This document shows positions 21,653 through 34,031 of a stretch of DNA of 64,000 nucleotides, piece after piece. A program made the translations under genes and the position numbers. The first letter of the stretch is position 1; the number at the start of each line of letters is the position of its first letter. The notes beneath the pieces were generated by a model that worked only from the letters and a program-made list of their open reading frames with translations, was not told where the DNA came from and did no database searches. This stretch comes from Octopus bimaculoides (Eukaryota), in the NCBI RefSeq assembly GCF_001194135.2, contig NC_068988.1:77747018-77811017 (forward strand), written 5' to 3'.

Positions 21653-24600
21653 GCTAGGTTGTGTGAATGTGCATTAATGAGGTCGAAATGGAAACAGGTT
21701 TGTTTCCTGGACAACCTCAGGACACGTGGACTAGATGTGGCTATTGCAACCAAGTCCAAGATGAGCGGACCTCAAGCGTTCTCATCTCTTCTAAATGGTT
21801 ATGAGAAATTTATTTTTCCTGGCCGAGGAAGAGGAGGGGGCGTGGCAGTCTTTATTGGGGAGAGCTTGGACTTACAGGTAAGTACTGTCTTTCTGGACCC
21901 ACAAGGTAGGCTGATCATCCTTGATGTGACACATGTAAATAAGCAGTCCTTCAGGTTGATAGCTGGCTACGCTCCTAATGAGCATGGATAGTTGGGTTTT
22001 TTACAAGACCTGGAGCACGTCTAAAACAATAGTTCTAGTTGGTGACTTTAACACTATCCTCGATGCGTGGGTGGATAGTGTTGGCTCGACTGATAGTGAG
22101 GGGAATTCTGGCTTTAAGGGTCTACTAGAGAGCTTTAATCTAGTAGACCATTACCAACTCGATGAGCCAAGCATTCCACAGTGGACGTGGAGTTACAACG
22201 ATGGCTCACACAGATCATACTTAGGGTATTCGTTAGGAAAAGAGATAAGAAAACTTTTAGTTGTCCACAGTTTTGTATTGTGCCTTACACGGATCACAAA
22301 TTCGTGATGTGTGAGGTACATTTAGATAAATGTCATCGACAGGGACCTAGATGAACAAGTCTATTTTGACTTGTGAAGTCTTTCATACCCGTGTTAAGGA
22401 GTTAGTACAGAGGGCATTATGTGGCACCATCATTAATAATAGATGGTGGCATGCCCTTAAAAAGTCACCCATTTAGAGTCCATTAGATATAGCAATCAGC
22501 TAAGTTTAGATAGGACTAGAATAGAGGGCGATTTAGTTAAGAACCTAGACGAGGCTGTGGAATCTGGCTCTGCATCAAGAGTGCTGTTGGCGAGAACGGT
22601 CTTGTACCGTCACCTCAATTCCAAGCACAAAGGTTGCAGAGCTAAGCTACATACAGGGAAACAAGAAGGTATTAACGTTGCCAGATGGGCACGTCATGTG
22701 GAGTCAAAGAGGTAAGAATGCCTCTATAAAGTCTTTAACTGACAAACAGGGGCGCAAGATCTATGGACAGGAGGAGATGCAGAAAGTCTTTCACCAGCAT
22801 TTCGCCTGCTTGTTTGGGGAGGGCGGTTCGCTTGAGTGAGGGAAGGCCTTAAAGGACTTCCTAGCCAGTGGGCCATGACTCTTGGCATGTGAGGTGGAGT
22901 GCTGTGAAGGACTGATCACTCCTGCAGAGGTAAAAGAGGTGTTGACTGAGTGCACCGGGGAAAAGTCACCAGGGCTGGAAGGTCTGCCCTATGATTTTAT
23001 CGTTGTATGCCAGACTTGTTCAGGGATATACTGGCAGGTGTCTATACAAACTGGCAACAGAATGGGAGGATTCCCAGTTCTGTGAGCCGGAGAGTGATGA
23101 CACTGGTCCAGAAAGACCCAAGCAAGGGGGATAATATTTGCAATTATAGGCTCATAGCTATACTTAATGTAAAGTTAAAGATTTTGGCCAAGGTGTTAGC
23201 GAAAAGGTTGTTGGCTGTCATGGAGAAACTTGTAGGAAAGGCACAGACATATGCAATCCCAGACAGGTTGATCCAGGACAATCTTCACCTTATCCGCTAC
23301 ACCTTAGTCAGGGTTGGTAAATTATCTGGCAAAGGTGGGGCAATGGTCTATTTAGACGAAAGTAAAGCATTTGATAGGGTAGTCCATCGGTACCTGACAG
23401 CAGTTCTCAAAGCGGCTGGGCTGGACCCAGGCTTTCACAGATGGATCTCTGCTATGTACAGTGGCATCAAGTTCACAGTCCAGATAAACGGTTACCTGAT
23501 GGAGCCGTTTTCAATCAAGCGCTCAGTTCGTCAAGGGTGTCCCTTGTCTCTGCTCCTATACATGTTGGCTCTTGAGCCATTGCTGCTGAAGTTAGGGTAG
23601 TTGGGAGACAACCCTAATGAAATTAGATGCGGTAAGTGTGTTCATCGTCACCTTCATCGTGTTCAACGAAGCACAGCTACCTTGTGTAGAAGATGCTCTC
23701 AGAGGATATGAGGCAGTGGCAGGGGCAAAAGTTAACAACAACAAGTCCATCGGCTTGTGCCTTGACACCTGGAGGAGCAAGTCAATATTGTCCAGTGTCG
23801 TGGGTCACTGGACAGATGGTCCTGTTAAATTGCTTGGAGTTTGGTTTGGACCGGACTCCCAGACAGAGATGAATTTGGAGCGAGGTGGTAGACAAAGTGG
23901 AGGCACTAGTCTGGACTTGATCCGGAAGGGCTCTGTCCTTGAAAGGGAGGGCGGAGGTGGTGCAGGTGTTTATTGCATCTGTAATCACCTACCACCTGAC
24001 CCTTGTCCCTTGCCCCGATTCATGGCTAAACAAGTTGGAATGACTCCTTTTCCACTTTTTGCGGAAGGGAGGAAAGCCACTTGTGAGGCACTCTGTTTGC
24101 TGCCAGGAAACGTTAAAGGGTGGTTTAGGAATGCCTTGGCTAATGATGAACAGACATGTGTTGAGGCTGAGACATCTCTGGCACCACCTGGAAGGTGATA
24201 AGGTGCAGAGTCCACTAGCAGAGGGATTCTTCCCGCAACCGGCAAAAAGGAGTGCCGAGAGGCACTCTTGCTTATCCACAAGACGCGCAAGGCTGGCAGT
24301 GGGAATATCACCTCGGTGTTCTATAGAGGGTGGTAGAGTACAAAAATGATGATGTCCAAAGAGTGGCCCTGGGGTTCGACGAGAACCAACTCACCAACCT
24401 GTATCATAGGACTGTCAGGCCAGGATATTTAGATAATTATCAAAAATCCCTGGCTTGGTAGTGTTACAGGAATGCTTTACCTGTTTGCAAAAAGTTATCG
24501 AGGCATGGAATGTCAGTGCCACTGACATGTCCAAGATGTGGGCTGGACGATGAAACCATTCAGCACGCTTTTGTACAATGTCGGGAGCTGTCAAGCTTGA

Positions 24601-24929
24601 TAAGTTATGTAGAACTTGTGTTGCCACATCTGGGAGGAGTATGTCTATCGGCTGGATCTATAATAAAGATGGTACCGCCAGCTGGACTCTCAAAGGAAGG
24701 TGAGCCATGTTTTCTCTGTATGGTTGCACTATTGAAGGAGTGCGTATGGAGATCTAGATTGGAAGGTATTGTGACAGGGTCCTTCATCTCTGGCTCCAGG
24801 TTGCTAACTTACTTCAGGTACCATCTGAAGAGCAAGATGGGGTTGGAGAAGAAAACTCTGTTGCAGAGTGTGTACGAAAAACAATGGAAGGATGTGATGA
24901 GAAAGGTGGGTGTTAATAACCCAACTTAA
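21645..24929 (+). pseudogene. ORF2 of element C: APE endonuclease, reverse transcriptase and C-terminal Zn finger; many stops/frameshifts
   Basis: GGGVAVFI, GRLIILDV, LIAGYAPN, IVLVGDFN (APE); KSPGLEGLP, NYRLIAILN..KILAKVLAKRL, YLDESKAFDRV, SVRQGCPLSLLLY (RT); CPRCGLDDETIQHAFVQC (zf-RVT-like). ATG overlaps the ORF1 stop (ATGTTTAA). Confidence 0.92.
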
Positions 24930-25156
24930 TCATCAACAAAGGAAGAAATAGATAGTTGCTGGGCCTTACAGGCTGCCGGGTGCATTCCTTCTATTTAAAA
25001 AAAAAGTTTTAAAAACAAAGTCAAAATTAAATTGTATATAGCTGAAATTCAAATTTTTTAAATGTCCATATGAACTCATCATAACACTTTTATGTATTTG
25101 TAATGTCTTGTAATGTCTCCATCTGTGTAAGATTTTTATAAGCATAATAAAAAAAT

Positions 25157-25362
25157 CAGCTAGCAAGCCATGCTACTCCAGATTGATGATGAGTCTCTGG
25201 ATGCTGGCTTTGCTGGTTGGAGGTGCTTATCTCCCCTTTGAAAACACAAGGTCACAAGAAATGTGTCAAGGCCAACAGGAAACGGTGTTTCCTAGGGCTA
25301 AATAGCAGTAGCATTCTTCCCTTTCTTGGGACTGTCACATTAAGTTGACAACATACCATCGC

Positions 25363-25364
<2 letters not shown>
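25157..25364 (+). repeat. 343-bp unit, copy 3 (partial; HHR has an 18-nt deletion)
   Basis: Aligns to 19620-19845 apart from the missing CAATGGCTCTGTAACTAG; ends in (AT)n. Confidence 0.9.
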
Positions 25365-25428
<64 letters not shown>

Positions 25429-28400
25429 TACATAATACATGCATACATATATATATATTATCATTTAGCTTTTACTTGTTTCAGTCATAAGACTGCAATC
25501 ATCTGTAGACAGATAGGTGTAAACACACCAAGTCAGTGTTCAAAAAACACCCACCCAGATTGATTGATGCATTTATTTTGGAGTTGTTATCTTCTGTTTA
25601 GTGTGGAACATTGGAAAAGGAGGTGTTATGAACTGAGAACAAAAGACCAGGTCTCTCTGTATACATATATTTGTACATATATATGCATGTATGTGTATCT
25701 GTGTGTTTGTGTGCTAGTATATACACAGGCACATATGCACATATATAAAGACATGTTCACAGCTACAAGAACATAATTTGGCATCCCATGACATAATGTA
25801 AATGTTTCTGCGCCTGACTTACATTAGTGAAACACAGTTAAAACATAAATAGTATGGACTTTTCTAAATATTCTACATAAACAAGAATATATTTCTTTCC
25901 GCTACTTCATATATAATTCTATGTGGTATTCAAACCAACTACAGTGTGAGGTAGTTTAAAACTTATTCTCTTTTATGTTATTCAACTTCATTGTTGCGTT
26001 GCCTACAAAAATATCAAACATTTGAAATGAGGGGAAATGCTAATAATCTAAGAGAGATAGTTCTATAGAACAGAGTTTCTTAAATTTACAACCTCACGAA
26101 TATTTTCTTTCATTAATTTTCCTTTTAAAGTATGTTGTTTTCCTTTGTAGATTTTCTGCTGTTTCCAGCAATAGAAATTTGCACAAAGTCAGTCTCTCCT
26201 CACTTGGCACACTACCTAAAGTAATAGAAGTATAACTAATACAATCAACTACATTCTAGTAACTGCTATAATACTAGTAACAGTACCAGTAATAGTGTCA
26301 GTAATACTACTGGTAATAGTAAATCATAGTATTGATAATAGTACCTGCAATAGTACATGTAATAGTACCGTAAATAATATAAGGAAGAAATTTGCCATCA
26401 TTATGCTAGTATTTGGAACCTAGATTAAATTTTGATGAAAAGTTTTAATGTAGATTACTTTAAAACAAGATACTTATGTAGCAGGGATATTCAGCAACCA
26501 CTCAATGTTACAATTTGCTAGAATGTTGCCCATGTGTTCAACAAAAAATCTGAGCAATCACAACTTCTCATGGAATAGGCTCCAGTGACAATCTCATTTT
26601 TTGGTGTGCTTCCTTCTGAGCCTATCAACCAGTATAAATTTGATACACCATGACTGCTAGACAGAGAATTTTGGGATGCAACAGAGAGAGCATTGGTAAA
26701 TACTGTTGGAAATGACCAAAAGAAATAGCAAACAGTAGCTGACAACACCAAAGCAATGAACAGTTATAGGACAAACGACATCAGAAGTCAGTAGCTGGCA
26801 TGCAGCTAACCACCCTTTATCTACTGCTACAACTACACCAAGAACAATAACATTCAAAAATTTCTCAGCAACATTTGTTTTTGCGTATGAAAAGTATAAA
26901 ATTTTTTTCTCAAAAATCTCACCAGAGTTCAGTGTTTTTCTTCATACTCTTGTATCATAGCACCTGGGGTGGTCTTGGAAGGTTTATTACCAAAAGGGTT
27001 AACCCTTGTAAACCATATTTCTGCTGAAAATAATGTATAGTTAGTAAGCTAACTTTCTTATTAATCTCATATTTGCAATACAAATTTGCATAAAGTTTTG
27101 AGGGAAGGTTTTAATTTTAATAACTTTTAAAACAGAAATTTGCATTATAGAACCAGGGATGGGCTCAGGCAGGATGGTACCAAAAAAGTTACATACCTCA
27201 TTTACCTTTAAACACTTACTTTATTTACTAAATTTGTTTCATTAAAATTCTTAACAAATAGTAAAACCCATCTCTTACAAATCCCATTTTGTAAGGATGC
27301 TGTTGTCCTTGTTTACAAACACAAGTGGGTGGTGTTCCTTTCACAAGTTGAACAAACTGATAGGGGAATATTGAAGTCTCAGTCACCTTTACAATAAATT
27401 TCATGTTACTATCAATAGGGTCACACCAACAGTAAATGTTCAGGTTTTGTTCATAAATATGTTTGGAAATGATAATGTTATTTTGACATCGTTAATATGT
27501 ATAATAATCTGCTTGTTCATTCATCCGTTATACTTTAGTTGGTTAGAGATGTGGAGGTGGAGTAAAAGTGGGAGAGAGGGGTAGTGTGAGTAGATAAGAA
27601 AGAAGTGAGGAAGATGTAGAGAAAGATGTACAATAAGGCCAAATGCATCACATGGTTAGTTTAAGGGAGAGGTGAAGGGCAAGAGAAAAAGATGGTGAGA
27701 GAAAAGAGGGAGATAGAAGTTTAACAACGTGCAGTAGGGTAGGGAGGGAAAGGTAAAGAGAAAGAGATATGTTTAGGATACAATATTCAGCAGAGGAAAT
27801 GTGAGAGAGCAGACAGCCAAGCAGTGCATTATGCTGTCACACATGTGGTTAGTGGAAGAGAGAGGTGAAGAGAAAGAGAGAAATTATAAGACATGAAGAG
27901 GGTTAAAAAGTTTGTTGAAGTGGTAGAGAGGAAAATTTTTAAATAATGTCATATATTATTGACTGGAAGTGAAACAACTTAGCAAAATAGAAATAAAAAT
28001 GCAAATCATCCTTTCTTTCTTAAATAGCTTCTCTTAATCTTTATTGTTCTGTGGAATTTCACAGGTCCCACTAGTTATCATATATTTATAATAGAAAGAT
28101 TAAAGGATAAATGAATTGATGGATAGACAAACAGATAGACTGAGACAGATTGATCAATAGATTGACCAACAGATAGATAATAGATAGATCGATAGATAGG
28201 TAGATAGATAGATAGATAGAAAGAATGACAGACAGCTAAACAGACCAAGAGATAGATAGTGTCAGGTCACCAAGACATGTTTGTCATCAATATCTCTGTG
28301 TTGTCTACTCCCATATCAAGTACCTTCACTTGATTTCAAGTGTATTGTTTTATTAGTTTCCAACTTCTCAATGTTTTATTACATCACTTATATTGACACA

Positions 28401-29450
28401 GATTAATAGAGGATTTAATTAGTTACCCAACTTGTTCACCATGGGCTGTTTTGTTTTCTATTTTATACAAGTGTCAATGAATAAACAAGCTATAAACTAT
28501 CTTTTGTTTTTGAACTGACCTATAATCATCACTGGTGTCACAGTTGTCTTTGTTATTCTTCTTATTATTATTGCATTGTTGTTGCTTCTGCTGCTGTTTT
28601 TGTTGTTGTTGAGGTAGTGGTGGCAGTGGTGTATATGCTACAAAACATCACCATTACACGAAGGATTTCAGGCAAAGTTCTGTGTTTGATTTTTACTGAA
28701 AGATTTGTGAGCAACAGTTTCACTGGTTACAGCTTTGCAACAAGCCATGCACTGGTTACAATGTACATCTCGCAATGAAAGGGGATAAAGGAGTGTCTGT
28801 GTTACTTATGGTGAATTTACCACAATAAGATATTAGTCTGTGACACATCAATTGTCATTGAATACTCACCAATGAGTCAATCTCTTACCAATGCTTGCAT
28901 ACTGTCATCATCGTCATGTTCATCATCATTGTCATTTTTATCATTATAATCAACATTACACTCATCATAGTCATTTTCTTCATTGTTGTCATCGTTATCA
29001 TCATCATCATTACCATCATCATCATTACCATCATCATTATCTGGTTTACAATAATAGAGTGTAATAGAATGTAATTATTTCATGAGAATTCCATATGCTC
29101 CATCATATTCTCAAAAATTCAGCCTGAGACATGGTCATGCTACAAACACATAGTCCTAAGATTTATGCTCAAGGCTGTAATAGCCATAGAGTTTTACAGA
29201 TTTGGATTATGTAAAAGCAGAATGAAATATTTATTCAAAATTTCATATCTTTACAATGGTTTTGGTTGCAATAACAATGTTAGCCATGTCAGAAGAAGAT
29301 AATAATTTTAAAATAATAAAAAGCTGAAAAGAAAATCTCTAGTAAAATGGCAAGCATTGTTATTGGTAATGAAACAATTGGAAAGGTAAGAAATTTTAAA
29401 TAAAAATTTCTTTATTCTATTACATAATCTGGATATATCTATACATGTAC

Positions 29451-29489
<39 letters not shown>

Positions 29490-29948
29490 NNNNNNNNNNN
29501 NNNNNNNNNNNNNNNNNNNNNNNNNNNNNNNNNNNNNNNNNNNNNNNNNNNNNNNNNNNNNNNNNNNNNNNNNNNNNNNNNNNNNNNNNATATATAATTA
29601 TCATCATTTAATGTAGGTCTTGTGTGTTAGCATTTGGATGAATGGTTTGACAAGATCTAATGAACTGGCGGACCACCAAATTCTAATGCCCATTTTGGCA
29701 TAATTTCTACGGATGCATAACCTGCATGAAGTTTCCAATGCCAACCAGATTTCAGAGAGTTTAGGATTTTTTATTCATGACATGGGAATTTGTGTGGTCA
29801 TTAGGTAATATGCAAGACCAGCAAAAAGACCACTCAACTGAGTGGGATTTTAGTAGAGAGGGAGGTGGCTTTATACCAGGTGTTGAGAGGCCACAGTATG
29901 AAACAGGAACGGGCAGATGTAGTTTGCTAGTGAGACGTTTTTATTGAT

Positions 29949-29990
29949 GTACCTGAAGAGACACAGAACAGGTCAAAACATGTGTTGTAC
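29949..29990 (+). ncRNA. Decayed minimal type I hammerhead motif followed by AATAAA
   Basis: GTAC-CTGAAGA-GAC-9nt-GTC-AAAA(GAAA)-C-ATGT-G-TT-GTAC; AATAAA at 29993. Confidence 0.55.
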
Positions 29991-30434
29991 CCAATAAAGT
30001 CTATTACACATTCCATCTATTTTATTAATACTGTTACCCCAGCTGCCACTATAAAGTTCCTGCCATAAATCTATGGATAATAACAGGCAATTGAAACTGT
30101 GTTGGTGCTCTACTCATCATCCATTAATACATTTTGTACAATTTCTCCATTGTCTATCTATCTATGTATATNNNNNNNNNNNNNNNNNNNNNNNNNNNNN
30201 NNNNNNNNNNNNNNNNNNNNNNNNNNNNNNNNNNNNNNNNNNNNNNNNNNNNNNNNNNNNNNNNNNNNNNNNNNNNNNNNNNNNNNNNNNNNNNNNNNNN
30301 NNNNNNNNNNNNNNNNNNNNNNNNNNNNNNNNNNNNNNNNNNNNNNNNNNNNNNNNNNNNNNNNNNNNNNNNNNNNNNNNNNNNNNNNNNNNNNNNNNNN
30401 NCTTTTGTATGATCGTGTATAGAGGAATATATTA

Positions 30435-30868
30435 TTTAAAAGAGTTCCAACTCTGTCTGTTTTTATGTTTTATTTATATTCTTATAAAATTAATGTGGGA
30501 TATAGAATATGGAATATATAATATAAAAAGTAAAATGAAATGAAGTATTGAATGTCTTATTGAATATATGAAATATTGAGTATTAAATATAGAGTATTAA
30601 ATATATAAGGACTGGTATACTTTCCTGCTTCATGGCAGTCATCAAGGTCCCGTCTGACAGATGACAGTACATCTGTCAGATTGAAGACTGCCATGAGGCA
30701 GGAAAGTATACTAGTCCTTATATATTTAATACTCAATATTTCATATATTCAATAAGACATTCAATACTTCATTTCATTTTAATATTTATATTATATATTC
30801 CATATTCTATATCCCACATTAATTTTATAAGAATATAAATAAAACAGACAGAGTTGGAACTCTTTAAA
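30435..30868. repeat. ~430-bp DNA palindrome
   Basis: Arms of about 200-230 bp, nearly identical, centred on TCTGACAGATG-ACAGTA-CATCTGTCAGA (30653-30680). Confidence 0.9.
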
Positions 30869-30897
30869 AAACATATATATATATATATATATATATA

Positions 30898-32164
30898 TGA
30901 GGGGGTACTAAAAAGTTCCTGGCTTTAAGGGTATTGTGAAAGGGTAGAGCTATTACATTTAAAGAGGTGGTAGGACAACTATTTAGGAGAAGATAAGCAA
31001 AAAATCATGCTTGTATACAGTATTTCTTTCTCTGTTTTTCAGATTTAATGCATGATGCCAGGAGCTGGATTTTGGTAAAATTGAAGCCTGGGCAATCATG
31101 AGGTTTCTCTTTTAGCAAAAATCCATGATGAGATGAAGGAAGTCTTTGAGGATGGCTGCTCATCTTACTCTACTGTGAAAATCTGGGTGTCAAAGTTTTG
31201 GACTGGTCATTTCAAGGTTACCGATGAATCCTAGACAGGGCAGCCAACTTCCACGACCACAGAGGATAAAAGCCAATGCTGTGCATTTCATGATTCTCAA
31301 AGACAACTTGATTTCAGGTAGAGTCATAGCTGAGACTCTGGGTATTTCCTGTAAATGTGTTGGCCACATCGCCCATGACATTCTGGACATGAGAAAGCTT
31401 TCAGTAAAATGAGTGCCAAAATGCTTGAACACAAATTGGAATCACATCAACTGATGACACCAAAGGTGATTTTGGATTGATTTGCAGCAGGAGAGGCTGA
31501 TTTTATGGCTCGTTTAGTCACCATGGATGAATCGTGACTTCATCATTATGATCTCCCAACCAAGCAGCAATCAATGGAATAGCACCAAAGTAGTTCATTG
31601 TGTCCCAAGACGTTTTGGACTCAGAAGTCAGCTGGAAAGATTTTGGCTTCAGTGTTCTGGGACAAAGATGAAGTATTCCTCATAAAATACTTGTCAAAGG
31701 TTCACAACATCAACACAGAGTACTACATGTCACTGTTGATTGAACTGCATGAAGTTTTGATGCAGAAACACAATGGAAAGCTGAGCCATAGCATCCTGTT
31801 TTTGCAGCACAATGCATCAGCACACACAGCACATGAAACTCTACAGAAAATACACGACTTTGGTTTTGAATTGATAGACCATCCAGCTTACCCCTGACTT
31901 GGCCCCCTCTGAAAATCACCTCTTTCTCCAACTGAAGGAACATCTCAAGGGAAAGAAATCTCACTCCAGTTTAGAAGTAATTACTGCTACAGAGGCCTCG
32001 CTGGAGGCCCAACCTCCCAATTTCTTTTTTACAGAGCTTAGAAAAACTGAAGGACTGCTGCAATAAGTGTGTGAATCTGAGAGGGGAATATGTTGGATAA
32101 AATCATAATTAACTGATCCTCCTGTATTTTCTTTTACCCAAAGTCAAGAACTTTTCAGCATCCC

Positions 32165-32168
<4 letters not shown>
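30898..32168 (+). mobile_element. Full-length decayed mariner (DD34D) element, ~1.27 kb
   Basis: TIRs TGAGGGGGTACTAAAAAGTTCCTGGCTTT / AAAGTCAAGAACTTTTCAGCATCCCCTCA with flanking TA; TMDES, SAGKILASVFWD, LFLQHNASAH, LIDHPAYP-DLAPS motifs. Confidence 0.9.
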
Positions 32169-32201
<33 letters not shown>

Positions 32202-32214
32202 CATCATCATCATC

Positions 32215-32525
32215 ATCATCATTATTATTTAGTGTCCATTTTCCATGCTGGCATGGCAGTTTCACTGCAACTGATAAACCGGATCCAGTCTGAATTTGGC
32301 TTGGTTTCTACAGCTGCATGCCCTTCTTAATGCCAACCACTCCATGAGTGTAGTGGGTACCTTTTATGTGTCACCAGCACTGGCGACAACTATCATTTTA
32401 CTTGGTCTGATGAGTCTTCTCAAGCAAAGCAAACTGCCGACCATTTGTCATCACGTCCATGAGACCCAACATCCGAAGATCATGCTTCACCACCTCGTCC
32501 CATGTCTTCTTCCACAGGTTCTCTC
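32215..32525 (-). mobile_element. RTE 3' UTR/tail fragment
   Basis: (CAT)n followed by TTTTCCATGCTGGCATGG...CTACAGCTG.ATGCCCTTC.TAATGCCAACCAC. Confidence 0.7.
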
Positions 32526-32841
32526 ATATATATACATATATATGTATATAAGTGTGTGTGTGTGTGTGTGAGTACATATGTGATTTTTATATATATAGAT
32601 ATATATATCCTTATATATATATATGTGTATACATAGATAGATATACATATATAAAACTATATACATATATATACATATGCATATATATATATATATATCT
32701 ATATCTATCTATATATATATATATATAAAATATACAAGAATAAGGGCAGGGAATCGTCAATTAATAATAGAATTAAAAATTAACAATTTTGCCAAGTAGT
32801 TCAGTATGAAAAAAACCTTTATCGGTAAAACTATTTATCAT

Positions 32842-32887
32842 CGTAAATATACAGGGATTAGCAATTGCTAATCCCTGTATATTTACG
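32842..32887. repeat. Perfect 46-bp palindrome abutting a gap
   Basis: CGTAAATATACAGGGATTAGCAATTGCTAATCCCTGTATATTTACG. Confidence 0.9.
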
Positions 32888-33335
32888 NNNNNNNNNNNNN
32901 NNNNNNNNNNNNNNNNNNNNNNNNNNNNNNNNNNNNNNNNNNNNNNNNNNNNNNNNNNNNNNNNNNNNNNNNNNNNNNNNNNNNNNNNNNNNNNNNNNNN
33001 NNNNNNNNNNNNNNNNNNNNNNNNNNNNNNNNNNNNNNNNNNNNNNNNNNNNNNNNNNNNNNNNNNNNNNNNNNNNNNNNNNNNNNNNNNNNNNNNNNNN
33101 NNNNNNNNNNNNNNNNNNNNNNNNNNNNNNNNNNNNNNNNNNNNNNNNNNNNNNNNNNNNNNNNNNNNNNNNNNNNNNNNNNNNNNNNNNNNNNNNNNNN
33201 NNNNNNNNNNNNNNNNNNNNNNNNNNNNNNNNNNNNNNNNNNNNNNNNNNNNNNNNNNNNNNNNNNNNNNNNNNNNNNNNNNNNNNNNNNNNNNNNNNNN
33301 NNNNNNNNNNNNNNNNNNNNNNNNNNNNNNNNNNN

Positions 33336-34031
33336 GATCAAGAGTATGAATACAGGGAAAGCCCCCGGCCCATCAGGAATCACTGCAGAGATGCTCAAAA
33401 TATCTGGCAGCGTCAGCTATAGCCTAGTCACCCGTATTGTTAACCAGGTGATACACAAAGGAGTCATACCCAATGACTGGTGTAGCAACACCATTGTCAA
33501 CTGCTACAAAGGTAAAGGTGACGCTTTAGACACAAACAATTACAGAGGTATCAAGTATTTGGACCAGGTAATGAAATTCATGGAGAGGGTCATAGCCCAA
33601 CTAATTAGGGAGAGAGTCAGTTTAGATGAGATGCAGTTTGGGTTTGTGCCAGGGAAAAGCACTACTGATGCTATATTTCTGGTAAGACAGCTGCAGGAGA
33701 AATACCTAGCCAAAGATAAACCTCTGTACCTGGCTTTCGTTGACCTGGAGAAAGCTTTTGACAGGGTCCCCCGCTCCCTTATCTGGTGGTCAATGAGGAA
33801 ACTAGGGATAGATGAGTGGTTAGTGAGAGCTGTGCAAGCCATGTACAGGGACGCTGTCAGTAAGGTGAGGATTGGCAACGAGTATAGGGAAGGATTCCGG
33901 GTAGAGGTAGGTGTCCACCAAGGTTCAGTCCTCAGCCCCCTCCTCTTTATCATAGTCCTCCAGACAATAACACAGGAATTCAAGATGGGATGCCCCTGGG
34001 AGCTCCTCTATGCTGATGACCTTGCCCTAAT
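33336..34031 (+). mobile_element. RTE-clade LINE reverse transcriptase fragment (open ~230 codons)
   Basis: GKAPGPSG, NNYRGIK, QFGFVPGKSTTDAIF, AFVDLEKAFDRVPR, GVHQGSVLSPLLF, LYADDL. Confidence 0.92.

Larger units (their letters stand above)
19974..25156 (+). mobile_element. Full-length Tx1/L1-clade non-LTR retrotransposon (element C), 13-bp TSD
   Basis: TSD CAGCTAACAAGCC (19961-19973) / CAGCTAGCAAGCC (25157-25169); ORF1 and ORF2; AATAAAAAAA tail at 25146-25155. Confidence 0.92.

Noticed and set aside
26518-26870. Non-repetitive, coding-like stretch
   Set aside because: Stops occur in all plus frames, the minus-strand ORF has no recognisable homology, and there are no convincing splice sites.
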